DNA of 62,000 nucleotides from positions 144,001 through 206,000 of the forward strand of contig NZ_JMCB01000005.1 in NCBI RefSeq assembly GCF_000737315.1, given 5' to 3'. The notes under the pieces were generated by a model. The model was not told the DNA's origin, ran no database searches, and saw only the letters and a list, made by a program, of their open reading frames with translations. A program made the position numbers and the translations under genes. Below are positions 8,320-18,202 of this stretch, piece after piece; position 1 is the first letter of the stretch; each line of letters starts with the position of its first letter. The DNA is from Hyalangium minutum (GTDB taxonomy: Bacteria > Myxococcota > Myxococcia > Myxococcales > Myxococcaceae).

Positions 8320-10560
8320 ATGACTCCGAAGCCGCCCGGGTTCCTCGTCCGCCACATCCAGCAGAAGCGGTGCGTGGTCTTCGTCGGCGCGGGCCTCTCG
8401 GCGGGAGCGGGGCTGCCGACCTGGAAGGAGCTGCTTCTCCGGGGCATCCAGGAACTGGTGGGGTCTCTCCCCAAAGGCGAAGTCCACCAGCAAGAACTCT
8501 CTGACCTCGTCAAGTGGGGCAAGCTGCTGGAGGTGGCCGACTTCTGCAAGGAGAAGCTTGGCAGTGCCTACCACCAGTTCCTCAGCGAGCAGGTGCGCGG
8601 AGATCAGGTTCAGAAGCTTCCCCCCACCCATGATGTGCTGATGCGCCTGCCCTTCAGTGCGTGGGTGACGACCAACTACGACAAGCTCCTGGAGCGGGCC
8701 TACTCGCAGGTGAAGGGCGGCGGCTCCCCGAAGACGCTCACCCACAAGGACACGGAGGCGCTCGGGCGGCTGCTCTTCGACGGCGGCCCGTTCATCCTCA
8801 AGGCCCACGGGGACATCGACCGGCCCGAGACGGTGGTGCTCACCTCTCGCGACTACAGCGAGATCATCCACGCCAACCCCGCCTTCAACGAGATCTTCAG
8901 CGGACTGCTGCTCACCAAGGCGCTGCTATTCGTGGGCTACTCGCTGTCGGATCCGGACTTCCGGCTGCTGATGGACCGCCAGCTCACGCACTTCAAGGGC
9001 TTCGTCCCCGAGCGCTACGCCCTGATGACCGGGGTGGGGGAGGTGGAGCAGGACGTGCTCTGGCGCACGGCGCGCATCCGGGTCATCTCCTACGACAACG
9101 CCAGCGGGAAGCACGCGGAGGTGCTCGACTTCCTGAAGGCGCTGGAGGCCGAGGTGCTCCCGAAGCCGGCCCTGGAGCCGTTCATGGTCCCTTCGGAGTC
9201 CGCGCCGCCGCAGAGCGGCTCCTCACCCGTCCTGGAGTCCATGCCGTCCCGGCAGAGCAGCCCCGCCCCCACTCCGGCGGCGCAGTCCTGGCACGTCACT
9301 TCTCATAACGTCGCGGCGGGCTCGGGGCCGGGCAGTTCAGTGCTGGGATCCCGGGTCGCGGAGCTGTTCCTGCAGGGTGACGAAGAACCCGAAGTCAGCT
9401 CATCGGCCCCTCCCCCTCGCGGTCCTGTTCCCCAGCCCGCAGCCCACGTGCCTGCGGCAGCCCCCGCTCCCGTGGTGGTTCCTCTCACTCCCCACCGGCT
9501 CCACATCGAGCCCGTGGAGGGAAGGATCCAGCTCCGGCTGATCCGAGGAGACACAGCGCCGGTGGTGCAGGGGACCGTGCCCACCCGCCGGGGCGACGAG
9601 GCGTGGCTCTCTCTCAAGGAGGATGAGGGCGATGAAGCCACCGCTGCTCACTCCCTCGCGCTCACCCAGGGCCTGCTCCAGCGAGACATGCCGCGAGAGG
9701 TGCTCGCGGCGCTGGAGGCACAGGACGCCTCCGCCCAGGCGCCGCTCGTGCTGCACATCGATCCGGTGCTGGACCGGTTTCCCTGGGAACTGCTTCCGGC
9801 GGGATCAGAGCCCGTCAGCCTGATGCGGAGGGTGAGCCGCGCGCCCATGGGCATCCCGGCCCAGGTCCGTGGCACTCCCGCAGTCCGGTCCTCGCCGCGC
9901 ATCCTGCTCATCGAGGGGATGAGCCGTGATGGGAGCCTCCGGAGGCGCGAGCTCGAGCGCCTTCACGCGCTCTATGCGGCCGGCCCTTTCTCCTGCACGG
10001 TTCTCCAGGGCAGCGAGGCGACGTTCCGCCATGCCATGGAAGCGCTGAGAGCCGAGCAGACGGACGAACTGCCGGACCTCGTCCACTACACCGGGGAGCT
10101 CATCCTTCCCGGCTCTGGACCCTGCTTGCTGCTGCGGGATGGGCCCCTGCCGGTGGGGGCCCTGCGCTCCGTGCTCAGCCAGGGCCGACTGCCCTTCCTG
10201 GTGATGAATACCCCCTCCTCGGCGTACGAATACCTTCCGTTCCTGAAGCAAGGGCGGCGGGCGCTGCGGCTGCCCTTGCCCGGGCCAGACGCCTTCGATC
10301 AGCGCGAAGGCTTCATGGAGCTGGCCGTTCAGCAAGGCGTGGGAGCCTTCGTGGGGGCCTTCTCCTGGCCCGACGTGAGCGTGGGCGCGGACTTCATGGT
10401 CCAACTGCACCGGGCGCTCTTGATGGGGCAGCCCATCGGCGACGCCGTCCTTCAGGCCCGCAGAGAGGTCCACGCCAAGCTCCCGGATGATCCCACTCCG
10501 CTCCTGTACGTGCTCAGTGGCGACGGCGCTCTCCAGCTCGTCCGCTCTCAGCGCAAGTGA
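8320..10560 (+). CDS. SIR2-like domain fused via Pro-rich linker to degenerate CHAT (caspase-fold) domain
   Basis: VFVGAGLS, TTNYD, LKAHGDI, FVGYSLSDPDF in N-terminus; DRFPWELL, PDLVHYTG, DAVLQARR, YVLSGDG in C-terminus; start taken at ATG 8320. Confidence 0.8.
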   Translation: MTPKPPGFLVRHIQQKRCVVFVGAGLSAGAGLPTWKELLLRGIQELVGSLPKGEVHQQELSDLVKWGKLLEVADFCKEKLGSAYHQFLSEQVRGDQVQKLPPTHDVLMRLPFSAWVTTNYDKLLERAYSQVKGGGSPKTLTHKDTEALGRLLFDGGPFILKAHGDIDRPETVVLTSRDYSEIIHANPAFNEIFSGLLLTKALLFVGYSLSDPDFRLLMDRQLTHFKGFVPERYALMTGVGEVEQDVLWRTARIRVISYDNASGKHAEVLDFLKALEAEVLPKPALEPFMVPSESAPPQSGSSPVLESMPSRQSSPAPTPAAQSWHVTSHNVAAGSGPGSSVLGSRVAELFLQGDEEPEVSSSAPPPRGPVPQPAAHVPAAAPAPVVVPLTPHRLHIEPVEGRIQLRLIRGDTAPVVQGTVPTRRGDEAWLSLKEDEGDEATAAHSLALTQGLLQRDMPREVLAALEAQDASAQAPLVLHIDPVLDRFPWELLPAGSEPVSLMRRVSRAPMGIPAQVRGTPAVRSSPRILLIEGMSRDGSLRRRELERLHALYAAGPFSCTVLQGSEATFRHAMEALRAEQTDELPDLVHYTGELILPGSGPCLLLRDGPLPVGALRSVLSQGRLPFLVMNTPSSAYEYLPFLKQGRRALRLPLPGPDAFDQREGFMELAVQQGVGAFVGAFSWPDVSVGADFMVQLHRALLMGQPIGDAVLQARREVHAKLPDDPTPLLYVLSGDGALQLVRSQRK

Positions 10561-10672
10561 AGGCCGGTTGACGCGGTGCAAAATCCAACCCCACGGGCCG
10601 CCGTGAAAATCGCCCTCTCAGGACCTGAGAACCCCACGAGAAGCCCGAGGCTCGTGTAATCTCCGCCCACCG

Positions 10673-12382
10673 ATGTGGCAGATCATCATCAACGGGCCGG
10701 GCTACTTCGACACCCCTTACGATCTCCCCGAAGGAGCGACCAGCCTCGGCCGAGCCGATGAGAACGACATCGTTCTCGGCGGAGACCTTGTGTCGCGCAA
10801 GCACGCCTGCCTGCTCGTGCAGGGCGACACGCTGCGCATCGAGGACCTCGGCAGTCGCAACGGCAGCCGCATCAATGGCCTCCCCCTCCAGGGCGGCAAA
10901 GACTTAACCCCCGGCGACATCGTCACCCTGGGAGAGAACACCCTCTCCGTTCGCCAGCCCCACACCGTGGAGAGCGCCGCCACGGAGATGGTGGACCTGG
11001 GCGCTGGAGGCGTCCGCCGCTTCGGCCACGGGGAAGACGTCTCCCCAGCGGTGATTCTCGCCAAGAATGTGAAGGATCTGGACGTTCTGCGCGCGCTCGA
11101 CAACTTCGAGCCTGTTCCCTACGAGAATGAATCGGGAGGCAGTACGCCCATTGGTGCCGGTGGCAGCAGCCCTCGCGTCTCCTACGAGAAGCTCGTGCTG
11201 CTGTTCCGCACCGCCGAGTCCCTGGCCACCGCCGAGTCCCTGCCCGCCTTCCTCGAGTCCGCCATGGACCGAGTGCTGGAGCGCACCGAGGCCACCACCG
11301 CCGTGGTGCTGCTGCGCCACTCCAGCGGGGTCCTGGTGCCCGCCTCCGTGCGCCACCGGGGCAAGCTGGCCAAGGGCGAGGTGCCCGTCTCGGACGCCAT
11401 CGTCGAGGAGGCCATGCGCCAGGGCCGCGCGCTCGCCGTGGGAGACGTGCGAGACGACCGGCGCTTCGCGGGCCGCGAGAGCGTCATCCTCTACGGCGTG
11501 GACCGGGTGCTCTGCATCCCCATTGGCCGCGAGCCTCCCTTCGCCGGCGTGCTCTACGTCAACACCCCCGCCGAGTCGGAGACCACGCTGGAGCTCATGC
11601 TGGACGCCTGCACCGCCGTGGCCCACCTGGTGGCCAGCGGCGTGCAGCGCTTCTCCGCCCAGAGCCCCAAGGAGACGGGTGGCCCCGGCAGTGCCCTGCG
11701 CCGCACCCTGGAGCGCTTCCACCCGCCCGAGGTGGCCGAGCGCCGCGCCGCCGAGGCTCAGCGCACGGGAGGCCGCCCCCCCGCCCTGGAGGAGCGGCCC
11801 CTCACCATCCTCCACGCGGAGATGGCAGGCTTTGGCGCGCTGTGCACCCGGCTGGGCCCCGTGCGCGCCTCGGCCGTCCTCAATGACTTCCACGCGAAGA
11901 TGAGCGGCCTCATCTTCAGCTTCGAGGGCTCGGTGGAGGCCTTCGTGGGCGAGTCCGTGCGCGCCCTGTTCGGCTTCCCCTCGGCCAAGCAGGATGACTC
12001 CGTGAGGGCGGTGCGCGCCGGGCTGGCGCTGCGCGCCGACTGGCTGCGGGCCATGTCCCGCCGGCCCGCGGACGAGCGCTGCGAGCTGCGCATCGCGATC
12101 CATACCACCAAAGGTCTGGTGGGGATGATCGGCCCGGACTCGCGGCTGGACCTCGGCGCCGTGGGCGAGGGTGTCCCCGTGGCGGGCTGGCTCGCCTCCA
12201 CGGCTGCTCCCGGACAGGTCCTCATTACCGGAAAGACCCTGGCTTCCATCGGAGCGCGCTTCGACGTGCTGCCTCTGGGAGAGCGTCTGGTGCGGCCTCC
12301 CAAGGACAAGGTGGCGGCCTTCGAGGTGCTCGAGGAGGACGTGCCGGCGCTCACCAATCCGGGCGTCCACGGGCCCAAGTAA
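10673..12382 (+). CDS. FHA-GAF-class III nucleotide cyclase-like protein (cyclase degenerate)
   Basis: FHA LGR...VSRKHA...DLGSRNG; GAF-like VLCIPI...GVLYV; cyclase-like C-terminus LRIAIHT. Confidence 0.8.
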   Translation: MWQIIINGPGYFDTPYDLPEGATSLGRADENDIVLGGDLVSRKHACLLVQGDTLRIEDLGSRNGSRINGLPLQGGKDLTPGDIVTLGENTLSVRQPHTVESAATEMVDLGAGGVRRFGHGEDVSPAVILAKNVKDLDVLRALDNFEPVPYENESGGSTPIGAGGSSPRVSYEKLVLLFRTAESLATAESLPAFLESAMDRVLERTEATTAVVLLRHSSGVLVPASVRHRGKLAKGEVPVSDAIVEEAMRQGRALAVGDVRDDRRFAGRESVILYGVDRVLCIPIGREPPFAGVLYVNTPAESETTLELMLDACTAVAHLVASGVQRFSAQSPKETGGPGSALRRTLERFHPPEVAERRAAEAQRTGGRPPALEERPLTILHAEMAGFGALCTRLGPVRASAVLNDFHAKMSGLIFSFEGSVEAFVGESVRALFGFPSAKQDDSVRAVRAGLALRADWLRAMSRRPADERCELRIAIHTTKGLVGMIGPDSRLDLGAVGEGVPVAGWLASTAAPGQVLITGKTLASIGARFDVLPLGERLVRPPKDKVAAFEVLEEDVPALTNPGVHGPK

Positions 12383-12483
12383 ACCCCTGCGTCTGGCCGT
12401 CCACAGGCCTTTCGGCCGGTTGACCGGTTGAAGAAGTCCCCCCGAACCGGCTTGAATGGAGAGATCGTGGGTCCTCGCACCGC

Positions 12484-15400
12484 ATGAACACCTCCTCCTC
12501 AGCCCGCCTGAGGCCGTTCCGGCCACAGGCGTTTGGCCGGTATACGCTCCTGTCCCATCTGGCCACCGGCGGCATGGGGGAGATCTACCTGGCGCGGCTG
12601 GAGGGAGCGCAGGGCTTCGAGAAGCTGTGCGTCATCAAGAAGATCCTGCCGCAGCTGGCCGAGGACAAGGAGTTCGTCGACCGCTTCGTGGGTGAGGCCC
12701 GCACGCTGGTGAAGCTCAGCCACGGCTCCATCGCCCAAGTGTTGGACATGGGCCTGCACGAGGGCGAGGCGTATATGGCCCTCGAGTACGTGGACGGCAA
12801 GGACCTGCGCAAGGTGGCTGGCCGCGTGCGGGACAGGCACACGCCGCTGCCGCTCACCTTCATTCTCTTCGTCATGGGGCGGGTGCTGGACGCGCTGGCG
12901 TACGCGCACCGCAAGCGGGACGACGACGAGAAGGACATCAACCTCGTCCACCGGGACATCTCGCCACAGAACATCCTCATCTCCTACGAGGGGGAGGTGA
13001 AGGTGGTCGACTTCGGGCTGGCCAAGAGCCGGCTGTCGGCGGCGAAGACCAACCCGAGCATCATCCTGGGCAAGTTCCTCTATATGTCGCCGGAGCAGGC
13101 CCGGCACCAGCCGGTGGACCGCCGCAGTGACTTGTATGCGGTGGGACTTTGTCTCTACGAGCTGATCTCCGGGAAGAACCCGTTCGACGCGGTGCACTCG
13201 GGCGACCTCATGTCCGTGGTGGCGCACCCGCGCATCGCTCCGCTGGGCGAGGTGGAGCCGCTCACGCCGTCCGCCGTGGCCAACCTGGTGATGAAGGCGC
13301 TGGCGGTGGAGCCGGCGCAGCGCTTCCAGACGGCCGAGGAGTTCCGCGCCAAGCTGATGGGCGTGCTGATGGACATCGACCGGAACGCCGGTCCAGAGAC
13401 CGTCAGCCGCTTCATGCGAGAGCTGTTCGCCCAGGAGTTCGCGGGCGAGCGCAAGCTGCTGGCCCAGCTGAAGGAAGTGCCGCGCGGGGGCGAGCCGCTC
13501 GTGCCGCGCATGGGCACCGAGCTGGACACGGATCCGGCCGCCCGGTTCCCTCCGCCCAGCCTGCCGCCGAAGACCATCAAGCTGGATCCGCCGCCCGAGC
13601 CGCTCTCCTTCCAGCCCACGCCGCGCTCCCGCCCGGGCGCCCAGGCGCATGTGCACGAGGAGGAGACCCGGCCCGGTGTGGTGGTCAACAGCGAGACCAC
13701 CCGTCCCGCCGTCTCCTTCGAGGCGCTCGACGCGGCCGCCCGGGCCCGCGTCCGGTCGCCGCTGTCCTCCCTGCCGCCCGCGCCCGACACCGTCACGGTG
13801 GAGCTGGGCTCGGAGGACTTTGGCCCCTTCCCAGGGGAGCCGGTCTCCGTGGCCTCTCCCGCGCCCGCGCGCTTGAGCGCTCCCACGGTGGAGATGCCGG
13901 TGCCCTACATGCCTGCGGCGGCCATTCCGCCCAGCGCACCGTCTTCGCCGCAGATGTCCGGCACCGCGCGGACCCTGGAGGCGCCTCGGGCCGTCCCGCC
14001 TCCGCCTCTGCCTGCTCCCAGCGCGTCTGGGAACCGGCCTCCCGATCCGCCGCTGCGCGCGGCCATGCCAGGTGCCCTCCCGCCGGGATCCGTCCCCACC
14101 AAGCCGGGAGAGATGCCTTCACCGCGCACGCCGCCCGCGCCGCCATCATCCTCCGCCGCCGCGAGGCTGCAGGAGACGCAGCGGGTGACGCTGCCTCCGC
14201 CGCCCTCGAGCGCGGTCACCCCCGAGCCGCGAAGGCAGGAGGCGAGCCGCGCCGAGAGCTCGCCGGCGTCCGCAACGGCCTCCCCGGCGGTGATGCTTCC
14301 CTTCACCACGCCGTCCACGCCGATGCCCGCGGTGTCAGCGGAGAGCCCGCCGCCCGTGCCGGAGGTGTCGCTGCCCGCCGAGCCCCAGGCCGAGATCGTC
14401 ACGGCCCCGCGGGAGCTGCCCCGGTCCATGTCCGCCCGCGCGGCGCAGGCGGACCCTGGGAGTGGAGGGACGGACGCCAGCCGCCGTGGCCTGGACGACA
14501 CGCACCCCAGCTACCAGATGGCTTCCTCGCCGCCTCCAGCGGATACGCAGCCGCGCGTGGTGCTGGATGAGCTGGCGCTCCAGAACGGCCCGGAAGAGGG
14601 CATCGTCCCGGGCATTCCGGAGGAGCCCCTCTCCAATCCCGGGCGCGACCGCTCCGAGGACTCCATCTCGGTTCCGGGCCGCCCGAGGACCGGACGGCGC
14701 CCGCGCAGCACAGGTGGGACGCCGGCGAGCTTGCCGGCCATGCGCGGAGGCACGGCGTCCGTGCGCGCCGCTCAGCGCCCCGTGGAGCCGGTGAGCGCCC
14801 CTCCAGAGCGAGCGGAGACGGATGACTCCGCTCCGGTGGCCATCGCCGTCGACGACCCCACCCCAGCAGAGGCCCGCGACCCGCGCGACGATACGCGGCG
14901 GACGCCCCTGCCCACCCGGCCGCCCACCGAGAGCCGCCGCGCGCAGCGTGAGGAGGCACGGCGGCCCGCGGCGCCGCCTGCTCCGGCCCAGAAGCGCTCC
15001 TGGGGGTGGATGGTCCTGAGCCTCGTGCTGCTGCTGGGCGCGGCCGCGGCGGTGTACGCGACGCTCCCGATGATCCAGGCGCTGGTGAAGTCGAAGCTGG
15101 AGGACGCGAAGCCTGCCGAGCCGGGGACGACGCGCATCCAGCCGACGCCGGTTCCGAGCGGGCCGCCGGGCCAGACTCCGGCCGCTGCGCCCCCGACACC
15201 CGAGCCCGCGGCGGCCACGCCTCCCGCGAGCCCCGCACCCACAGAAGCGGCAGCCCCGCCTCCCGCGGGGGCCGTTGCCGCCGTCACGCCAGAGGTTCCC
15301 GTGCCGGAGAGCGCGAGCCCGGATGAAGGCGAGGACGATGATTTGCTGCCCCTGCCTGCCACGCCGTCGCCTCCGCCCAAGAAGAGCCAGAGCTCGCGTT

Positions 15401-15657
15401 CCAGCAAGAAGGCCTCTGCGGCCTTGCGCAAGGAAGTGCAGGAGCTCAAGAACGACTGGACGGCGACGAAGGCCGCCTACGCGAAGCTCACCCAGGAAGT
15501 GTCGTGTGAGGCCACCACGCTGGGCCTCCTCTGCAGCAGGTACGACAACCTGCGGCGGGACTATGCAGCCTTGGGCGAGAACTCCTACGACAAGGAAATC
15601 CACAGCCGGGTGAAGAGGATGCGCACCGAGCTCAACAAGGCGCTGAGCGCCCAGTAG
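12484..15657 (+). CDS. Ser/Thr protein kinase with long Pro-rich linker, TM helix and C-terminal helical domain
   Basis: LATGGMG, VIKK, HRDISPQN, DFG, YMSPE motifs; WGWMVLSLVLLLGAAAAVYA TM. Confidence 0.9.
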   Translation: MNTSSSARLRPFRPQAFGRYTLLSHLATGGMGEIYLARLEGAQGFEKLCVIKKILPQLAEDKEFVDRFVGEARTLVKLSHGSIAQVLDMGLHEGEAYMALEYVDGKDLRKVAGRVRDRHTPLPLTFILFVMGRVLDALAYAHRKRDDDEKDINLVHRDISPQNILISYEGEVKVVDFGLAKSRLSAAKTNPSIILGKFLYMSPEQARHQPVDRRSDLYAVGLCLYELISGKNPFDAVHSGDLMSVVAHPRIAPLGEVEPLTPSAVANLVMKALAVEPAQRFQTAEEFRAKLMGVLMDIDRNAGPETVSRFMRELFAQEFAGERKLLAQLKEVPRGGEPLVPRMGTELDTDPAARFPPPSLPPKTIKLDPPPEPLSFQPTPRSRPGAQAHVHEEETRPGVVVNSETTRPAVSFEALDAAARARVRSPLSSLPPAPDTVTVELGSEDFGPFPGEPVSVASPAPARLSAPTVEMPVPYMPAAAIPPSAPSSPQMSGTARTLEAPRAVPPPPLPAPSASGNRPPDPPLRAAMPGALPPGSVPTKPGEMPSPRTPPAPPSSSAAARLQETQRVTLPPPPSSAVTPEPRRQEASRAESSPASATASPAVMLPFTTPSTPMPAVSAESPPPVPEVSLPAEPQAEIVTAPRELPRSMSARAAQADPGSGGTDASRRGLDDTHPSYQMASSPPPADTQPRVVLDELALQNGPEEGIVPGIPEEPLSNPGRDRSEDSISVPGRPRTGRRPRSTGGTPASLPAMRGGTASVRAAQRPVEPVSAPPERAETDDSAPVAIAVDDPTPAEARDPRDDTRRTPLPTRPPTESRRAQREEARRPAAPPAPAQKRSWGWMVLSLVLLLGAAAAVYATLPMIQALVKSKLEDAKPAEPGTTRIQPTPVPSGPPGQTPAAAPPTPEPAAATPPASPAPTEAAAPPPAGAVAAVTPEVPVPESASPDEGEDDDLLPLPATPSPPPKKSQSSRSSKKASAALRKEVQELKNDWTATKAAYAKLTQEVSCEATTLGLLCSRYDNLRRDYAALGENSYDKEIHSRVKRMRTELNKALSAQ

Positions 15658-15659
15658 CC

Positions 15660-16436
15660 GTGACGCTGCTCCTCGAGACCCAGGGCCTCGTCGCCGGCTA
15701 TGGCCCATCGCCTGTGCTGCAGGGCGTGGACTGCTCGGTGCGTGCAGGGGAGCTGTGGGCGGTGCTGGGGCCGAACGGCACGGGCAAGAGCACGTTGCTG
15801 CGCGCGGTGCTGGGCGCGCTGCCGTGGATGCGGGGCACGGTGCGGCTGCTGGGGCAGGAGCGCTCGGCATGGGAGCCGCGCGAGCTGGCCCGGCGTGTGG
15901 CCTGGGTGCCGCAGCTCTTCGAGCCCGCCGAGGGCTTCAGTGGGTTGGAGCTGGTGCTGATGGGGCGCAGCCCGCACCTCGGGCTGTGGGGCCTCACCTC
16001 CGAGCGGGACGCGGCGCTGGCACGCACGGTGCTCGAGGAGCTGGGCGTGGCGCACCTGGCGGACCGGCCGGGCGAGGCCATGTCCGGCGGCGAGCGCCGC
16101 ATGCTGCTGCTGGCGCGGGGGTTGGTGCAGGAGCCCTCGCTGCTGCTGCTGGACGAGCCCACGGCCTTTCTGGACGTGGCGCACCAGGTGAGCTCGCTGG
16201 CACGGGTGCGGGCGCGGGTGGAGGCGGGGCTGGGAGCGGTGGCGGTGCTGCACGACGTGAACATGGCGGCGGCCTTCGCCACCCATGTGCTGCTGATGCG
16301 AGATGGCCGCGTGTTGGCACAGGGGCCGGTGGACACGGTGCTGGAGCGCGAGCGGCTCGAGGCGCTCTACGGCCTGCCCATGGAGATGGCGCTGGCTCCC
16401 TCGGGAGCCCGGCTCTTCGCGCCACGGGCGGGCTGA
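15660..16436 (+). CDS. ABC transporter ATP-binding protein (iron-siderophore/cobalamin/heme type)
   Basis: GPNGTGKST, MSGGE, LLLDEPT, VLHD. Confidence 0.9.
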   Translation: MTLLLETQGLVAGYGPSPVLQGVDCSVRAGELWAVLGPNGTGKSTLLRAVLGALPWMRGTVRLLGQERSAWEPRELARRVAWVPQLFEPAEGFSGLELVLMGRSPHLGLWGLTSERDAALARTVLEELGVAHLADRPGEAMSGGERRMLLLARGLVQEPSLLLLDEPTAFLDVAHQVSSLARVRARVEAGLGAVAVLHDVNMAAAFATHVLLMRDGRVLAQGPVDTVLERERLEALYGLPMEMALAPSGARLFAPRAG

Positions 16437-16497
16437 TGCCGCAATGCGGCGTGGGCGCGTGGTTGACACCGCTCGCGCCGGGCGGGAAGACGGAGGC

Positions 16498-18189
16498 ATG
16501 AGCCTCCCCCTCATCGCGGGCTTGTTCCTGGTGCTGTTGGCGCTGGGCTACCACTTCTACGGTGGCTTCATCGCAAGGCAGTACAACCTGGACGACGGAG
16601 CGGTGACGCCCGCGCACGCGAAGCAGGACGGGGTGGACTTCATCCCGACGAAGCCGTTCTACCTGCTGGGCCAGCACTTCAGCGCCATCGCGGCGGCGGG
16701 GCCCATCGCCGGGCCCATCCTGGCGGCGCAGCAGTTCGGCTGGCTGCCCGCGCTGATGTGGATCTCGTTTGGCGTGGTGTTCATCGGCGCGGTGCATGAC
16801 CTGTCCACGCTGATTGCTTCGGTGCGGCACGGGGGGGTGTCCATCGCCGAGGTGGTGCGCGAGCACCTGGGGCCCCGGGCGGGCGTGGCGATGCTGCTCT
16901 TCATCTGGGTGGCGCTCATCTACGTCATCGTGGCCTTCACGGACGCGACGGCGTCCACGTTCGTGAGCGGGGACGCGGACCTGGCGGGGCTCACGTTCCG
17001 GTTCAACCCGGGCGGGGCGGTGGCGGCCGCGTCCATCATGTACCTGGTGCTGGCGGTGGTGATGGGGGTGGTGGACCGGTTCCTCAAGCCGCCGCTGTGG
17101 CTGCAGACGGTCCTCTTCGTTCCGGCGACGCTGGGCGCGGTGTGGCTGGGCACGCAGGTGTCCACGGTGCTGGTGATGGACGCGAAGGCGTGGTCCGTCC
17201 TCATCCTGGCCTACTGCTTCGTGGCGTCGCTCACGCCGGTGTGGATTCTCCTGCAGCCGCGCGGGTACCTGGGGGGCTTCGTCCTCTACGCGGCGCTGGC
17301 CATTGGCGTCGTGGGCATCTTCTATGGAGGGCTCAAGGGCGAACTCTCCATCCAGCAGCCGGCGTTCAACGGGTTCCAGGTGGGCGGGGCGGGTGGGGCG
17401 CTGTTCCCGTTCCTCTTCGTGACGATTGCATGCGGGGCCTGCTCGGGCTTCCACGGGCTGGTGTGCTCGGGGACGACGTCGAAGCAGATTGATAAGGAGT
17501 CGCACGTGCACCCGGTGGGCTACGGGGCCATGCTGCTCGAGGGCTTCGTGGCGGTGATTGCGCTGGCCACGGTGATGATCGCCACCAAGGCGGACCTGAC
17601 GGGCAAGGCGCCTGGCGCGGTGTACGGCATGGGGCTGGGGCGGCTGCTGGTGACGATCATCGGCCCGGAGCACCTGCTGTTCGCCACCACCTTTGGAGCC
17701 ATGGCGTTCTCCACCTTCGTGTTCGACACGCTGGATGTGTCCACGCGGCTGGGGCGCTACATCCTCCAGGAGCTGACGGGGGCGAAGGGCCGGACAGCGG
17801 CCGGGTTGGCCACGGCCATCACCTGCGGGGTGCCGATGCTCTTCGTGCTGCTGGCGGGCACGGGGGCGTGGCGCTCCTTCTGGACGCTGTTCGGCACCTC
17901 GAACCAGCTGCTGGCCTCGCTGTCGCTGCTGGGCATCTGCGTGTGGCTGAAGAAGAGCGGCAAGCGCTACGCGTACGCGCTGCTGCCCATGCTCTTCGTG
18001 GGGGCCGTGACGCTGACCAGCCTCGTGTTGCAGATTCGGGATGCCTTCTTCGTGCCGGAGGCCACGGCGGCGGTGCGGCTGAATGGGGTGGTGGCGCTGG
18101 TGCTGTTGGCGCTCGCTCTCTCGCTCTTCGTGGCGGGCGGGCGGGTTCTGCTCAACCGGGATGGGGCCAGACCCGCTCCGGCGGTGTAG
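16498..18189 (+). CDS. cstA: Carbon starvation protein A family transporter
   Basis: TPAH, GQHFSAIAAAGPIAGP, GAVHD, ACGACSGFH, FGTSNQLL motifs. Confidence 0.9.
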   Translation: MSLPLIAGLFLVLLALGYHFYGGFIARQYNLDDGAVTPAHAKQDGVDFIPTKPFYLLGQHFSAIAAAGPIAGPILAAQQFGWLPALMWISFGVVFIGAVHDLSTLIASVRHGGVSIAEVVREHLGPRAGVAMLLFIWVALIYVIVAFTDATASTFVSGDADLAGLTFRFNPGGAVAAASIMYLVLAVVMGVVDRFLKPPLWLQTVLFVPATLGAVWLGTQVSTVLVMDAKAWSVLILAYCFVASLTPVWILLQPRGYLGGFVLYAALAIGVVGIFYGGLKGELSIQQPAFNGFQVGGAGGALFPFLFVTIACGACSGFHGLVCSGTTSKQIDKESHVHPVGYGAMLLEGFVAVIALATVMIATKADLTGKAPGAVYGMGLGRLLVTIIGPEHLLFATTFGAMAFSTFVFDTLDVSTRLGRYILQELTGAKGRTAAGLATAITCGVPMLFVLLAGTGAWRSFWTLFGTSNQLLASLSLLGICVWLKKSGKRYAYALLPMLFVGAVTLTSLVLQIRDAFFVPEATAAVRLNGVVALVLLALALSLFVAGGRVLLNRDGARPAPAV

Positions 18190-18202
18190 CCTTCGGGGCT
18201 GA

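Noticed and set aside
13480-15400. Low-complexity Pro/Ala stretch as tandem repeat or CRISPR
   Set aside because: It is the disordered linker of the kinase; no fixed-length repeat-spacer periodicity
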